From positions 5,970,625-6,034,624 of the forward strand of contig JBNZDD010013699.1 in the NCBI GenBank assembly GCA_050575255.1: 64,000 nucleotides of DNA, given 5' to 3'. A program made the translations under genes and the position numbers. Below are positions 1-12,416 of the stretch, one piece after another. Below the pieces are notes generated by a model, which saw only the letters and a list, made by a program, of their open reading frames with translations, had not been told where the DNA came from and searched no databases. This DNA comes from Harriotta raleighana (Eukaryota). Positions within the stretch are counted from its first letter, which is position 1. Every line of letters starts with the position of its first letter.

Positions 1-348
1 CGACAGGGCAAATAGAGAAAAACTATTTCCACTCGTGGGCGAATCTGTGACCCGTGGTCACAGATTTAAAATAGTTTCAAAGCGAAGTAGAGGGGAGCTG
101 AGGAGAAATTTTTTCACTCAGCGAGTTGTTCGAATCTGGAATGCATTGCCTGAAAAGGTGGTGGAGGCTGATTCGATAACAACTTTTAAAAGGGAATTAG
201 ATCTTTATTTAGGGAGAACAGGTCTATTAGGCTATGGGGAGCGAGCAGGGCAGTGGGATTAAATCGCTCTTTTCAAAGAGCCGGCATAGACTAGATGGGC
301 CGAATGGCCTCCTTTTGTGCCGTAAAATTCTATGAATCTATGAATCTA
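1..348 (+). mobile_element. CR1 LINE 3' end (ORF2 C-terminus, 3'UTR and tail)
   Basis: TRGHRFKI...RRNFFTQRVVRIWNALP peptide; gatgggccgaatggcctcct 3'UTR; attctatgaatctatgaatctat tail. Confidence 0.92.
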
Positions 349-1010
349 TAACAACAACTTGGATTTATATAGCACCCTCCACGTCGAACTGCGTTTCAGA
401 ATGCTTTCCAATAACGGATCCTGGGGCCGAGCCAGGGGAAGGGGGAAGAAGGTGACCAAAAGCACAGTTGAAAAGAAAGTCTTTAGCCAAAACCTGAAAA
501 TAGAAAAGAAGGGGGCGAGGCAAAGGGAGTGAGGGTGGGAGTTCCAGAGCCTCTGGGCTTAGTGGCTGAAGGCACAGACGCCGATGGTGGAGCGGAGGAT
601 TTAGGGGTCAAGGAGGAGGCCAGACCTGGTGGAGCGAAGGCAACGTGTACTGTTGTGTGGGGAGAGGAGGTCAGAGAGGTAGGGAGGAGTGGAGGGATTT
701 GAATACAAGCATAAGGATCTTGAAATCAATTCTCTCCGGGACACGGAGCCAGTGCTGTCTGGCAGGGACTGGGGTACTCGGGAAACAGAGTTTTGTACGT
801 GTGAACATTTGGGCGGTGGAGTTCTGTATGAGCTGGATTTTATGAATGGTAGCGGAGGGGAAACCGGAGAGGAGGGCATTTGAATAGTCTAGCTAAGAGG
901 TGACAAAGCCAGAGTTTCGGCAGCTTTTAGGGTGAGATATTGGCAGAGATGGGCAATGCATCGGAGATGGAAGAAGGCGGTGTGGTGAGGGACCAGATGT
1001 GGGGGAGGAA
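349..1010 (-). mobile_element. L2 LINE 3' fragment, tail-to-tail with the CR1
   Basis: (AAC)n tail; minus-strand peptide remnants VQNS..R..., PPYLSDLL..., LRS...LL. Confidence 0.82.
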
Positions 1011-1368
1011 GGATAATTGGGGGATAATTTGACGTCCCAAATCATTTCACAGGGTATACTGTAGAATGCAATGACTGTTTGTGGACAAACAATGATGTAT
1101 ATCATAAAATACAAATTGGCTGCAGTGCAAACTAAACAGTTCTATCACGGGTTCTATACTACACTGTGCCAGTCCCATTTTCTCTCTTTTTCTCTACCTC
1201 TATAATATCTAATCAAACCTATATGTCCAAATATTTGGACCACCACCTTCCTTGTGGTCATGTTTGAGGTTTCTGGCTCAGTTTCTATCTGCAAGCCTAG
1301 TCCTGAATTCAAGCACTCAGGTGCTGCCCAGCCTAGACGGAGTTATATGAATGCAAATCGTTCTTGTT

Positions 1369-1459
1369 GAAGTCCTGTAGCTCAGTGGTTAGTGCACTTG
1401 CCTTGCGAGCAAGAGACCTGGGTTCAATTCCCGGCAGGGCAAAACCTTGGGCAAGTTTT
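1369..1459 (+). mobile_element. tRNA-derived SINE head (3'-truncated)
   Basis: gtcctgtagctcagtggttag (A box), ggttcaattcc (B box), then aaaccttgggcaagttt shared with other copies. Confidence 0.85.
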
Positions 1460-2163
1460 TGGAAAAAAAAGTGATCTTTGTAACTTAATATAATGCTGGG
1501 ATGACACTTTCGTTAAGTATTTAAAACAGTTACAATTTTAGTGGTGTCTAGTTATTTTCATCTCTTCATGGCTAATCTCTACTTAAACTATGATAAGAAA
1601 TTCTGCGGAAATAACTGAAGTCCTGAAATCCTGAAATGGCGTGAGGAGAAAAATATAGAAACAAAATGAAGAGATTGTTCTTTAATATTAATAATGCGTT
1701 ATAAGTTTAATAGAAATTGCAGTTAAAATGCTTGCAGATAAATTGCATGTTGCTGTATTTTCTTGGTGTTTAGAAAGGTATTCAAGACAAGGAAACATGT
1801 TGTGGTCTTTGTAATATAATATGGTGCTGGGATGACACTTCTTGTTTGATGTAAAATTTGAAATTTTTTGAAAGGTTGTAACATGTTTAGGAATGTAGTT
1901 GGGTTTCTGTTAATTCAGTAAAGGATTCTGTAAAGATGCACACACAAAGCTCCATTACATCAGAAGGATGGTCAGTATTGAAATGATTTTCAAATTTACA
2001 TTACACGAACTCCGTCTTGATTAAAATAAATATAAGTATGTATTTAGAACAGCTAAAAATTTTTAGTGATGTTTATCTATTTTCATCCCTTCACTTGAAT
2101 CATACAAAAACAACTATATTCCACTCCACCTAACCTCATGACTTAACCTCTTTTTAAACTCAT

Positions 2164-3002
2164 GGAGTCCTGTAGCTCAGTGGTTAGAGAACTTGCCTTG
2201 CAAGTGAGAGACCTGGGATCAATTCCAGGCATGGTGAAACCTTGGGCAAGTTTCCTTACTCCACATGAATGATAATCCCCTTATTTTAAAAAATAATGAA
2301 TTAGTCATTTTCAATCCACAACTGTTTGTTGGACAATGATGTGCGCGTTTCGCCCACAAATATATTGTCAATTCACTTTACAGCATATTGTTATATTATT
2401 CTGTGAAGTGCTTTAAGACCTTCTAGAACAGCGATTCTCAACAAGGGGGTACAAAATTACTTCCAAAATGATTTCAAAATTTTGAAACTAGGGAACTCTG
2501 GAGAGAAAATTAAAGAACAATCTCTTCATTTTGTTTCAATATTTTTCTCCTCACGCCATTTCAGGATTTCAGGTCTTCAGTTGTTTCCACAGAATTTCTT
2601 ATCATAGTTTAAGTAGAGATTAGGCCATGCATTTAGGTGGAGTGAAATACAGTTTGTCACTTTGTCTATTTTTTTATACGATTCAAGTGGCGATACATTG
2701 ATTTATTTAGCTCTCTTATTTAGCGTTTTATAGCTTTCCAAATAGTAAATTTAAATGTTATTTCCCTTGTTTTGTATGTGCTAGTTATTTGGTTATATAA
2801 GAAAAGCTTGGTTATAAAATGCATGTGGTATGAGAGGGGTGGTGTGTTTTTGTCTATTTACAAAAAAAAGACAAAGTGACAAACTGTTGAGTGGGGATAC
2901 ACAATAATGTTGAAAATTCACAAGGAGTACATTACTGAAATGGGTTAAGAATCACTGCTCTAGAAGATGTGGAAAGCACTATATCAAATGTAAGTATTAT
3001 TA
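2164..3002 (+). mobile_element. tRNA(Ala-like)-derived SINE with L2-type tail, interrupted by hAT element at 2429-2957
   Basis: Head with cttgcaa anticodon loop; body gcgtttcgcccacaaa; tail resumes after the insertion (gcactatatcaaatgtaagtattatt). Confidence 0.85.
2429..2957. mobile_element. Non-autonomous hAT-Charlie-like element
   Basis: TIRs cagcgattctcaac / gttaagaatcactg; 8-bp TSD ttctagaa/ctctagaa (Charlie NTCTAGAN preference). Confidence 0.88.
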
Positions 3003-5074
3003 AATTGTGAGAAAAATATCTATGAATACAGCTGATGACATGAAATTGTATGAAGAGAAATACTGTATATGTAAACAAAATTATGATATCTGTTCTAACT
3101 TTAATAATGCATTATCAGTAAGGTATTTTGTCTTGAAAATATTTCTGGAAGAAATATCCTCTTTCTGAAGAGACATAATCCTGAACCAAAATCCATAATA
3201 AACATGGAGCAACTTATTGGTATTAAAAGATACTAAAATCTAATTAATCTATTTTTGATTTAGCAAATATTTCAATTGTGCATTTCAATGTTTTTAAATA
3301 CTAACTTTCTGATTTACTTCTGAATCTTTTGATTTTCACCAACTGATTGACGGTATGCCTTTGCAGAGGTGTAGCTTCTATCTAAATTTTAATCCGTTAA
3401 TTTATTTTACATAAATTAATTATGATCTGGTATGACAATCTTCAGAAAAGATTTGTTTTAACTTTTGTTTTGGTTTTCAATTGGTTGATATTTATAGGTG
3501 TTGCCTACAATATATACCAAATAGAGATTAGTGGACCTATGTTACAGTGAAAGAAAGAATGGGATGCAGACAGGTAAATCATCATGGGTAGAAGGGGTGA
3601 GACAGCTGCTGGCAGGTGTATGTGAGTGCTGCTTGTGCCTGAAACCCTCACCTGTCTGATGTGCTGCTCCATGTATGCATTTCATTGATATTTACTGAGT
3701 GCCTTGACTAATTGTGTGATTTTAAACACTGAGCATGCTAGATGAAGCATAACAAAAAATATTGGAGAGTGAATAGAAGGAGACTCCACATCCCACCTGG
3801 AGAATTTACAACAACAAAATTACATTTATAGAGTGCCTTTCACGTCAGGAGGATCTCAGCTCATTTGGCAATGTGTTGTTTCTGATACAATTTCCTACTG
3901 TAAGTGTAATTTCTACAGTGCATGAAAAATTACCAGGATGCACTGAAATGCACCTCTTAAATGCTGAAGTGTTGGAAAGAAACCTAATTTTGTATTTAGG
4001 AAAGATATACAGAAGGTCAGGGCCAATTTACCATCCCCTAACAGCCTCGCATGAGGCCAGCAATTCAACATGGGCCAGTGCTGCACCACAAGTCACAGTT
4101 CGATCCCCTGTATGATATCAGCCAGCCCCTTCACAGACTCTCACCATTAGTAGTCTGGGCAGAGGCTCCTGATGCTAATTAGATGAACATTGCTAATCCT
4201 TGGACCTCAGGAATTTTTGCTCTGGAAGTAGTGGGAAAGTTAAATCCCAGGAAGGAATTGGGGCATGCTAAATTATTTTGGCTCTAATACCGGATTTATT
4301 CAACACTGGGCTATTTGCTGCTTAAACTGATTTGAAGGTGGTGATTCCAAGAAATGTATTGAACGTGCATTAAAATATTGATTAATGGCATGTTACATTT
4401 TGCTTTGATGTTTTTTCAAGTTTTTACAATATTCAGCAAATTGTACAATGTTATTTAATGTTAGTACATTAGTAAAATGTTAGTTAATGCATCATTTTAT
4501 TGGTAAATTATATTATAATTTTCCTTTCTAGAAATTAAAATATCCCATTTACTGTGAAAATAACTTGCAAGATGCAATAATTCCATTACTACTAATAAAA
4601 GGGAGCCAAAATGGTTTGAAGGATTTGGCTCTTTCATTTAATGCAACTCATTTGTCAGATTTTTAATTATTCTGTATCTGTAGAGCAGCATTTACAACAA
4701 TAACCTCGATTTATATAGCACCCTCCACTCCGGACAGCATCTCAGAGCTCTTCAATATGGAGTTCTAATGTATTTTGAGTTTTAACTTTACTAATTATTT
4801 CTTGCTGTTTTTCGACTTCATTTGGAAATTTGATTTGGAAAGAAATGAAGAGATCCAAACAAGTATGTACATTCTTGATTAATATACAGGGCTTTTCTTG
4901 AGGCCTAAATTACATTGGTTTCTCCCAATAAAAATAGCAGCAAAGCCAAGTAGCTTGAAGTAATTGTGAACATCCCCCGTATAATCAAGAACTTTAAGAC
5001 AAAGTAACTAAGCAAACAAAGTAGTCTGATATTAATTTGAAATCCATGATGTCTATTTTTCTATTCCTTCATAG

Positions 5075-5233
5075 GTTCTGATACTGCTCTTCCCAATCTC
5101 TCTGCAACTTGCTCCCAGCCTCAGCTCCCTTCTGTCTCTCCAACTTTCCCCATGCAAACTGAATCCAAGGACTCTCCCCCGCTCCTGGATGAAAAACTGC
5201 ACCAATCTGTCTTGCAAATTCCTGACGATCTGG
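5075..5233 (+). CDS. RALGAPA2: RALGAPA2 exon, 159 nt, phase 1-1 (SDTALPNL...LDEKLHQSVLQIPDDL)
   Basis: Acceptor ttccttcatag, donor G|gtacat, open frame, joins exon 9933 in phase (G+AC=Asp). Resembles the RalGAP alpha segment LDEKLHHSVLQTPDDL. Confidence 0.8.
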
Positions 5234-6406
5234 GTACATTTTGGGTCTTCTATAACTATATAATTTTAATTGTTTTGCTTGGTCATAATTTAGCTGGTGG
5301 ATATGTTTTCTATTTTCTGGTGAAAATATGGTGAAAAAGTTCTTTACAAACATGGTTTCATCCTGTTCACAGTCTGCAATCTGCTTCATGTTTCTATCTC
5401 TTATGTGGCTTGCTTTTAACATTTAAAATCAGATTCCTTTAACTGTGAAGTTGCACCATAAATATGGCATGATCTATAAAATCAAAGCTAATGAATTTGG
5501 CAATTTTTTTTCACTGTTAGTTATCAATTTCTTTGTATGCCAGTTAAGCTGGTTCTGAGTTGAATAAGTATCAGTAGGATATCAGGAGAACATTTATTAT
5601 GGTATGCAATGCAGTTTTTAGTGAACATTTTATGGTGTGTGACTATATAGTTTTGACAGTGAAATTTGTTATCAAATGAGCAGGATAAAGGGGTGGAGAC
5701 TAGGTTCTGACACCATCTGAAGAAAATGATTCCTCAAGCTATATTTATACTTGGAAGTTGGTTGCAAATAGCACCATGCTTACTACCTATTCCATTCTCG
5801 TATGGAAATAGCCTAGCATAGAAAACCAAAAATTTGCTTCACTCCTGGCAGTGTACGTACAGTGTGGCTATTGCTCAAACACTATATCTGGAATATATTG
5901 AGATGGTTCAAGATTCAGCACAAGAGCTTTAACTTCTGAACAGTTTATTTGTGGTAGCAAATTTAAGTCAAGGCACTGAATAAGATGCAATTGAATCCCT
6001 AGTTGCCCTTCCAGGGAAAATTTATTTAGTTTTAAAATAATCACCTGAAGGTTGACTGTACAAATACAAATGTTAAAGAAACATTTTCTTTTAAAAAGAT
6101 GTTGAGGTTAATTAGGGATCCTTGACAAACTGAGGTTACAGAGCTTTGTTTTATTTGATGTTGATGACTTTTCTGGAATTGATTTCCCTATCTTGCTCAG
6201 CTTCCAGCAGGTTTATCAGATTTAAGTTAACACTGGCTATGAAGGTGTTAAAGATTGAATTGTTCTAAGTGGTTTAACGGTGCATGTTGGTCTGACACAG
6301 AGAATAGTTTACCAATCCCCCGCCCAAAACAAAGTAGGTAATTTGGTGTACCATTACTTTGAACAGAATAAGTGGAAACAATAACCTTAAATTAACCTGT
6401 CAAATA

Positions 6407-7341
6407 CAGTAAAAGCATTTATCCGTGACCTGATCAACTGTAACTTCCGTATATCTGGCACCTGAAAAACAAGGTCCCATTCAAATAACCGGATCTTATC
6501 CGGCACAATCGCGGTGGCACATTTAATGAGTTGATTGTTGCACGAGAGTATAGTACGATTAGTTCTAAATGCTGTCGCTAGTGAGACTTCCGGTTTTTCC
6601 TCTTAAAACAGCATTGTCGGTTTTTCCTCTCCCTCTGTCCTTTTTCTCTCTCTCCCTATTTTTCTTTCTCTCTCTCCCTCTCCTTCCTTCGTCTGTAGCC
6701 CTTCCTCTCTCTTGCTATCTCTTCCCCTTTCTTTCTCTCTCTCTGACGGATATTACATATTGCCTGTGTAGCCTGACTGCATCGTGGGATTATGCCCTGT
6801 TTTGGTAAGGGATGGGGTGGGAGAAAGAGAGAGATGGGGGGAGAGCAAGGTTGGGGGGGGGAAAGAGAGGGAAAGAGTGGGGGAAGAGAGAGGAGTGGGA
6901 GAAGAGAGAGGTGGGAGAGAGGAGGGGAGAGAGAGGGGGTGTGGGTTGATTAATTTAGATGGAAAATGAGAGGAGGGGAGTGGTGTTGGGTTTGAAGCCA
7001 TTGAGATGCCAGATTGACTGAGTATGTGTGTGAAAGAGAGAGAAGGAAAGAGCGAGAGAAAGAAAGAAAGAAAGGAGGAAAAACTGACAGTGCCACTTTA
7101 AGAGGAAAAAACTCTTCTGTCCGCCATTGTAGAAGTTTCTTTGTGATTATAGACTGTAATAGATATTTATTGCTTTATTGGTAAGTATCAATACAATATT
7201 CCGTTATAATTTAGTCTATTATTAATATGGTATTTTTTAAAAAGTTTTTTTTGTTTGGGATTTTCGGCATCGAATATCCGGCATACCGTTTAACCGGTAT
7301 TGGCCAGGTCCCGAGAGTGCCAGATAAACAGGCTTTGACTG
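6407..7341. mobile_element. Tc1/mariner Tigger-like non-autonomous element with internal CT-rich and GA-rich arms
   Basis: TA|cagtaaaagcatttatccg ... cagataaacaggctttgactg|TA. Confidence 0.82.
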
Positions 7342-8189
7342 TATTCTTATTCTTTTTTTCTATAAATAAAACTGTTCATTTTCCAATTTAGCCTGATCCT
7401 AACCTGGTCTACATGTACTGTGTGACTTCATGAAACAAACTCAAACATTATGTAAAGAAACTATAAAAATGTGAAAGTTGTTGTTTCATTAGCTTAAAAG
7501 TGTATTTTTATGTTTTTTTGGTGTGCATTTGATAAAAATTAAAGTTGTTTAATCACATACAGCTATTGGGAGTCTCACTATTTTTGTGGTCAAGGAACAA
7601 AAATAGTTTTCCATTGGACAGAGAAATTCTCCATTTAATTGTGAGGGAACGGAGAAAAGTGTGGTATTGATCATTTGGCTTTCACTGTGCACTTTTTTTT
7701 GACTAATCATGGGGTTGTGTTGATAACTGCTATATATTACTGCCTTGGTTTGACATCCCATACTGATGGTGAAGAAATATATATTTATTTCCTTGTGGGG
7801 AAATGAGGGGTTAAGATTCAAGTATAATTGAAAGAACATTCTCTATTTAGTGTAATTGAATATGGTTGTTATTTGGGGATGCCCTTCATTTGTAAATATT
7901 AAAATGATTGAAATTAAGCTAGCTGAAAATTATCTATTTGAAACAAATGTGATGACAACACACACAATTCATGATTGTTTGCGATACACTGCTGTGCGTA
8001 ATTGGCTGCTGCATTTCACCCACAAAATATAATCAATCCACTTTACAGTAGTTTTGGTGAAGTATTTTGAGATGTCTTGATGACATGATAAGGCACTAAA
8101 TCAAATGCAAGGGTTATTGTCAGCCAACCTTCACTGCATTTAAAACTAGTATTATTCCATTACTATAATCGCATATTTTCATCCCCAAA

Positions 8190-8752
8190 ACAACAACAAC
8201 AACAAAATTACACATAGAGCAACTTACATGTTGGGAGTACATCCTGCTGAACAATCAGGTCAGGACACGAGCAGGGTAGGGGAGGATCGGGGTAGCGGGA
8301 AGGAGAGTAGGAAAGGGGGAAGAGTTAGGAGGGGAGTTGAAGGCACGGTCGAAGAGGAAGATATTGAGACCGATCTTGGAGGAGGAAAGGGAAGCGAAGG
8401 GATTATGGGATGGAGTTCCAGAGTGTGGGGGCAGCGAGGCTGAAAGCCCGGCCTCTGATGATTGGGCGGTCGACACGGAGCAGACCAGAGTCTGCTGAGC
8501 GGAGTGGGAGGGCAGGCTGATAGGGAGATAACAGGTCAGAGAGATAGGTGGGGGCAAGGCCATGAATGGCCTTGAAAGTGAGGATGAGGATCTTGAATTC
8601 GATCCTCTAGGGGATGGGGAGCTAGAGGAGACGGGCGAGGGTGGGAATGATGTGGTCGCAGAACCAAGTACGGGAGAGTACACGAGCTGCAGAGTTGTGA
8701 ATGATCTGCAGCCTGTGAAGGGAGGAACTGGGAAGGCCACACCTGAGTGCAT
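8190..8752 (-). mobile_element. L2 LINE 3' fragment
   Basis: (AAC)n tail; homologous to the copies at 14870, 28100 and 56485. Confidence 0.88.
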
Positions 8753-8856
8753 TTAGAAACAATTGAATGCTGAGGCTTTAGGATTCAGTACTTAAGTCTA
8801 GAAAGTCCATTATATTTTTGTTTCTAATATGTTAGAAAAGATCTGGAATTGTAGTA

Positions 8857-9300
8857 CAGTAAAAGCCCATTTATCCGGTATCCACGGTACCTGGCCAGTA
8901 CCGGTTAAACGGCTTTCCGGGTGAACGTTTTTAAAAAATAATTAATTAAAAATTATTTTAACACGTACCATATTGATAATAGGCTAAATAATAACAAATA
9001 ATAACAATATTGTATGGATATTTTATTGTAAGTGTTGTACACTGTACCATATAAATAATAGAGTAAATACAGTATTAACAGATACTGTAATAACAGAATA
9101 TGTATGGCTACTTTATTGTAAATGTTCAACAATACTATATAAATAATAGACTAAATACACTAAGAACAGATACTATAATAACAGAATATTGTATTGGTAC
9201 TTTATTATTTCTACTTAACTTCTGCAATGACCGCCACAGGAGGAAAACAAAACGGAAGCGCGACTTTTTAAAAATAAGGTAGTAGCGCGACTTTAGGCTA
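8857..9300. mobile_element. Tigger-like MITE, one end only, opposite orientation to the 20881 copy
   Basis: TA|cagtaaaagcccatttatccgg; interior is the reverse complement of the right part of the 20881-21372 copy. Confidence 0.75.
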
Positions 9301-9932
9301 ACTGATGTCACGTGCTACCTAGTGTTCCATCTTTTATACAGTATAATTAGCTGAAGGAGCAGCACAAAATAAAAATCAATATATGTTTAATTATTGCATA
9401 CTATAGTGCATGACATTAAAGAAAACAATAATAATAGATGTATGTCGCTGCTGGACAAATATTTTACAAAAGAAAGTAGCCTAATATTGCTCTTGTTGCA
9501 TGATTTGATTTTTTTCCACATTAATTATCATAATTAACTTGAAATTTGCTGCTGCGTTGAATCACCTCCATTGAACGTTCTTATGCATCTAGTTTTGCAA
9601 GCTTTTCACACTTATTGACAAATGAAATTAATAAATTGCTTGCTCCAATAAGGAGCATTTGGAAACCGAGTCATATTAGCACAAAAAAATCCATGTTTAA
9701 AGTTATATTTGCTCAGAGCAACCTATGCACATTAGCACTTTCAACATTTTTTCTCTGTGAATTGTACGAACCTGGAAAATGTTACCAAGACATTGATAAT
9801 GTAATGTTCTGGATCATTTGATGATTATTGCAAATTTAAAAACTTCAGTAACCCTTTAAAAAAATACAATACTGGACATTTATATATTTAATGTAGCGTA
9901 AAATCCATTTTGACACTTATTTCATTTTTCAG

Positions 9933-10126
9933 ACAGTAGTGAGTGTCTAGCAGATGAGTGCAGTATCATTGCTGGAGGAAGCCTCACTGGCTGGCATGCT
10001 GATGCAGCTGCGGTGTTATGGAGAAGAATTTTGGGGATCTTGGGGAATGTCAACTGCATTCGCTGCCCTAAAATCCATGCTCAGGTTTTTGAATATCTCT
10101 GTGATCTTTGGCAGAAATTAGCCAAG
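9933..10126 (+). CDS. RALGAPA2: RALGAPA2 exon ([21 protein letters not shown]...WQKLAK)
   Basis: tttttcag acceptor, AAG|gtaatt donor, 194 nt, phase 1-0. Confidence 0.96.
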
Positions 10127-11396
10127 GTAATTTGTCTGAATGCAATTTTAGTTTTTTGTTTTGTCATTAAACAAACTTGCATCTGTTGTTACTATGAATG
10201 CATCCTGTTTTATGGCACCTTTGCATATGCTCGTATACATCTGAACTCATACCTGACATTCGTAATTGCAACTTTGAGTCTGAAGACTCTTGCAATTAGT
10301 CTATAATTATAGCAGCACAAAATGTTGCTGTGCTGTGAACTTGTGCAGTGGCTTCACACTCGATTTCTTTGATTTTTTTGACAGACACAGACAGACACAC
10401 TCCTGTAGGTACATAACCTTTCTTGAATAGAAAGGAAAATGGTGTAACAAATTTATGTAAACTGTCACAGCATGGAATTAAGCCATTTGACCCAACTAGT
10501 TCATGCTGGTGTTTGTACTTTGCAAGTGCCACTTCCCTCTCTCATAGTCATCTACTTAATCCATGTCACAAACAGGTATTTTTCTTATCATACCCATATA
10601 AAGTTATCTCCAAATTGTGAATCACTTTGCAAACGAAATTGATGACATTAAATCCGGGCAATTCCAGAGATGATTTGATGATCTGTTTGTTATGGGCAGT
10701 CTGAGATTCTCAACAGATCCTCAGTTCCATGTCTTACATTTAAGTTGCTGTCTGTGAATGAAAATTTCAACACATACACAGGGTTGCATCCTAGTTCTAT
10801 TTAAAACCAATTCTGATTAGTTCAAGTCAAAATTGTGTTAATTATTTATGTATCTTTATTCTGTGTTCAATTATTCATGTTAATGTATTTGAAAAAGATA
10901 GGCAGATGGTTAAAATCTTAGCTGACTGGGGTATATTTTGTAAACTTTGGACATTATGTACTTGAGAATTGAAGAGACAGTTATTTCTGTTTCTGTTGGT
11001 TTACTTCAGTGATTTTTGAATTTCACTATCGTGTTGTAACAAAGATAATACTGTATTAAACAGCTTGGATTAAAACCAAAGGTATTTTAAACAAACCTAG
11101 ATTAGAGAGACGGTAGTCATTCATCTTGTAAGATTTGTTTTTTATGCACGAATATCATTTTAAAAAATATCCACCGCTCTATGATAAATAAATAATTCAG
11201 CAAACTGTTGCTATGTTACTACTTAGGGTTAAAATAACCCACAGGACCAGAGCTTTTAAATGCCTCTTCAGTTATTAGACTGATTTTTCTCAAGGGAAGC
11301 TTCAGAACAGCCTTTAGTAATGTAGTATTTTGCTTGGTAAGTAAAGCTGGTTAATTTGAAAGATGGAGTATGCTTCATTATTATATTAAGTCACTG

Positions 11397-11811
11397 CAGT
11401 AAAATTCCTTTAATCTGGCACCTGTTAATCTGGAATGTTTTGTAATCTGGCATCTGCGACTGTCCTTTTTTTTCCAATATGTGCATCTCTTCCCAGAGAG
11501 CCTTCACACTACTCGGTGCATTTTCCTCGGGGACCTGTCACTGACGTCATGTTTAATAAATGCGCATGCGCACGCAATTTTTTTTAAAAAAAATTAACTT
11601 TTGGCGGTTGTGATGCCCATTTAGGCAGACCGTCTGCTCCGCCGGGATGGGGAGAGCTCTAGTTTTTGCTATGCATGTATGTAACATAAATAAGAGCACA
11701 GCACACTCAAATCCTCCCATCTCTAAGAGTAACTAACGTCCAATAATCCGTCATATTACTAATCCGGCACTGCCTAGGTCCCGAGCATACCGGATTATCG
11801 GAATTTTACTG
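11397..11811. mobile_element. Tigger-like MITE
   Basis: TIRs cagtaaaattcctttaatctgg / ccggattatcggaattttactg|TA; internal TGCGCATGCGCA. Confidence 0.82.
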
Positions 11812-11859
11812 TACTTTTTGTTGGAGGAGATTAATTAAGACTTTCTGTTTCCCTTTTAG

Positions 11860-11958
11860 ATCAGAGACAATTTGGGTATCAGTCTAGATAATCAGACTTC
11901 ACCACAGTCTCCAGTGTTGATTCCACCTCTTCGTATGTTTGTTTCCTGGTTGTTCAAG
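11860..11958 (+). CDS. RALGAPA2: RALGAPA2 exon ([12 protein letters not shown]...SWLFK)
   Basis: ccttttag / AAG|gtaaga, 99 nt, phase 0-0. Confidence 0.96.
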
Positions 11959-12260
11959 GTAAGAACAATAAAACACTTTCAATAGTTATTGGCAGTCCTA
12001 ATCATATTTTGAAGAATAACTGAAGTTGATCTGAAGTGAAATTGTAAAATTTCCATCATTTTACCTATTGTTTTGTGTAACTGATGTAATGGCTAGATAA
12101 TTTTAGAATTTAACATGTTCATTTCCACAGTGTTTAACCTTGTAATAAGTTTAACTGAATTTGTAAAAGCGGTGGAGCATATTAAGTTAATAATTGCAGC
12201 TTTTGAAAAGAATACACGAATACTAGAATAGTAATTGTATTGTTATATCTTTATTTTTAG

Positions 12261-12416
12261 GCTACAACTCTGTCCAATGAATATAAAGAGGGCAAACTGC
12301 AGGCATATAAACTGATTTGTGACATAATGACAAAGCGTCAAGATGTCTTGCCAAACATCGATTTCTTAGTGCACTTTTATCATGTGATGCACAGAGGCAT
12401 CGTATATGAGGATCAG
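12261..12416 (+). CDS. RALGAPA2: RALGAPA2 exon ([16 protein letters not shown]...YEDQ)
   Basis: tttttag / CAG|gtaaat, 156 nt. Confidence 0.96.

Noticed and set aside
2164-2240. tRNA-Ala-like gene (also at 1369, 20496, 43284, 47071)
   Set aside because: The cloverleaf is degenerate and continues into a shared SINE body and tail, so these are SINE heads.
4843-4862. Possible 20-nt microexon before gtatgt
   Set aside because: Poor acceptor, frame-shifting length, no homology.
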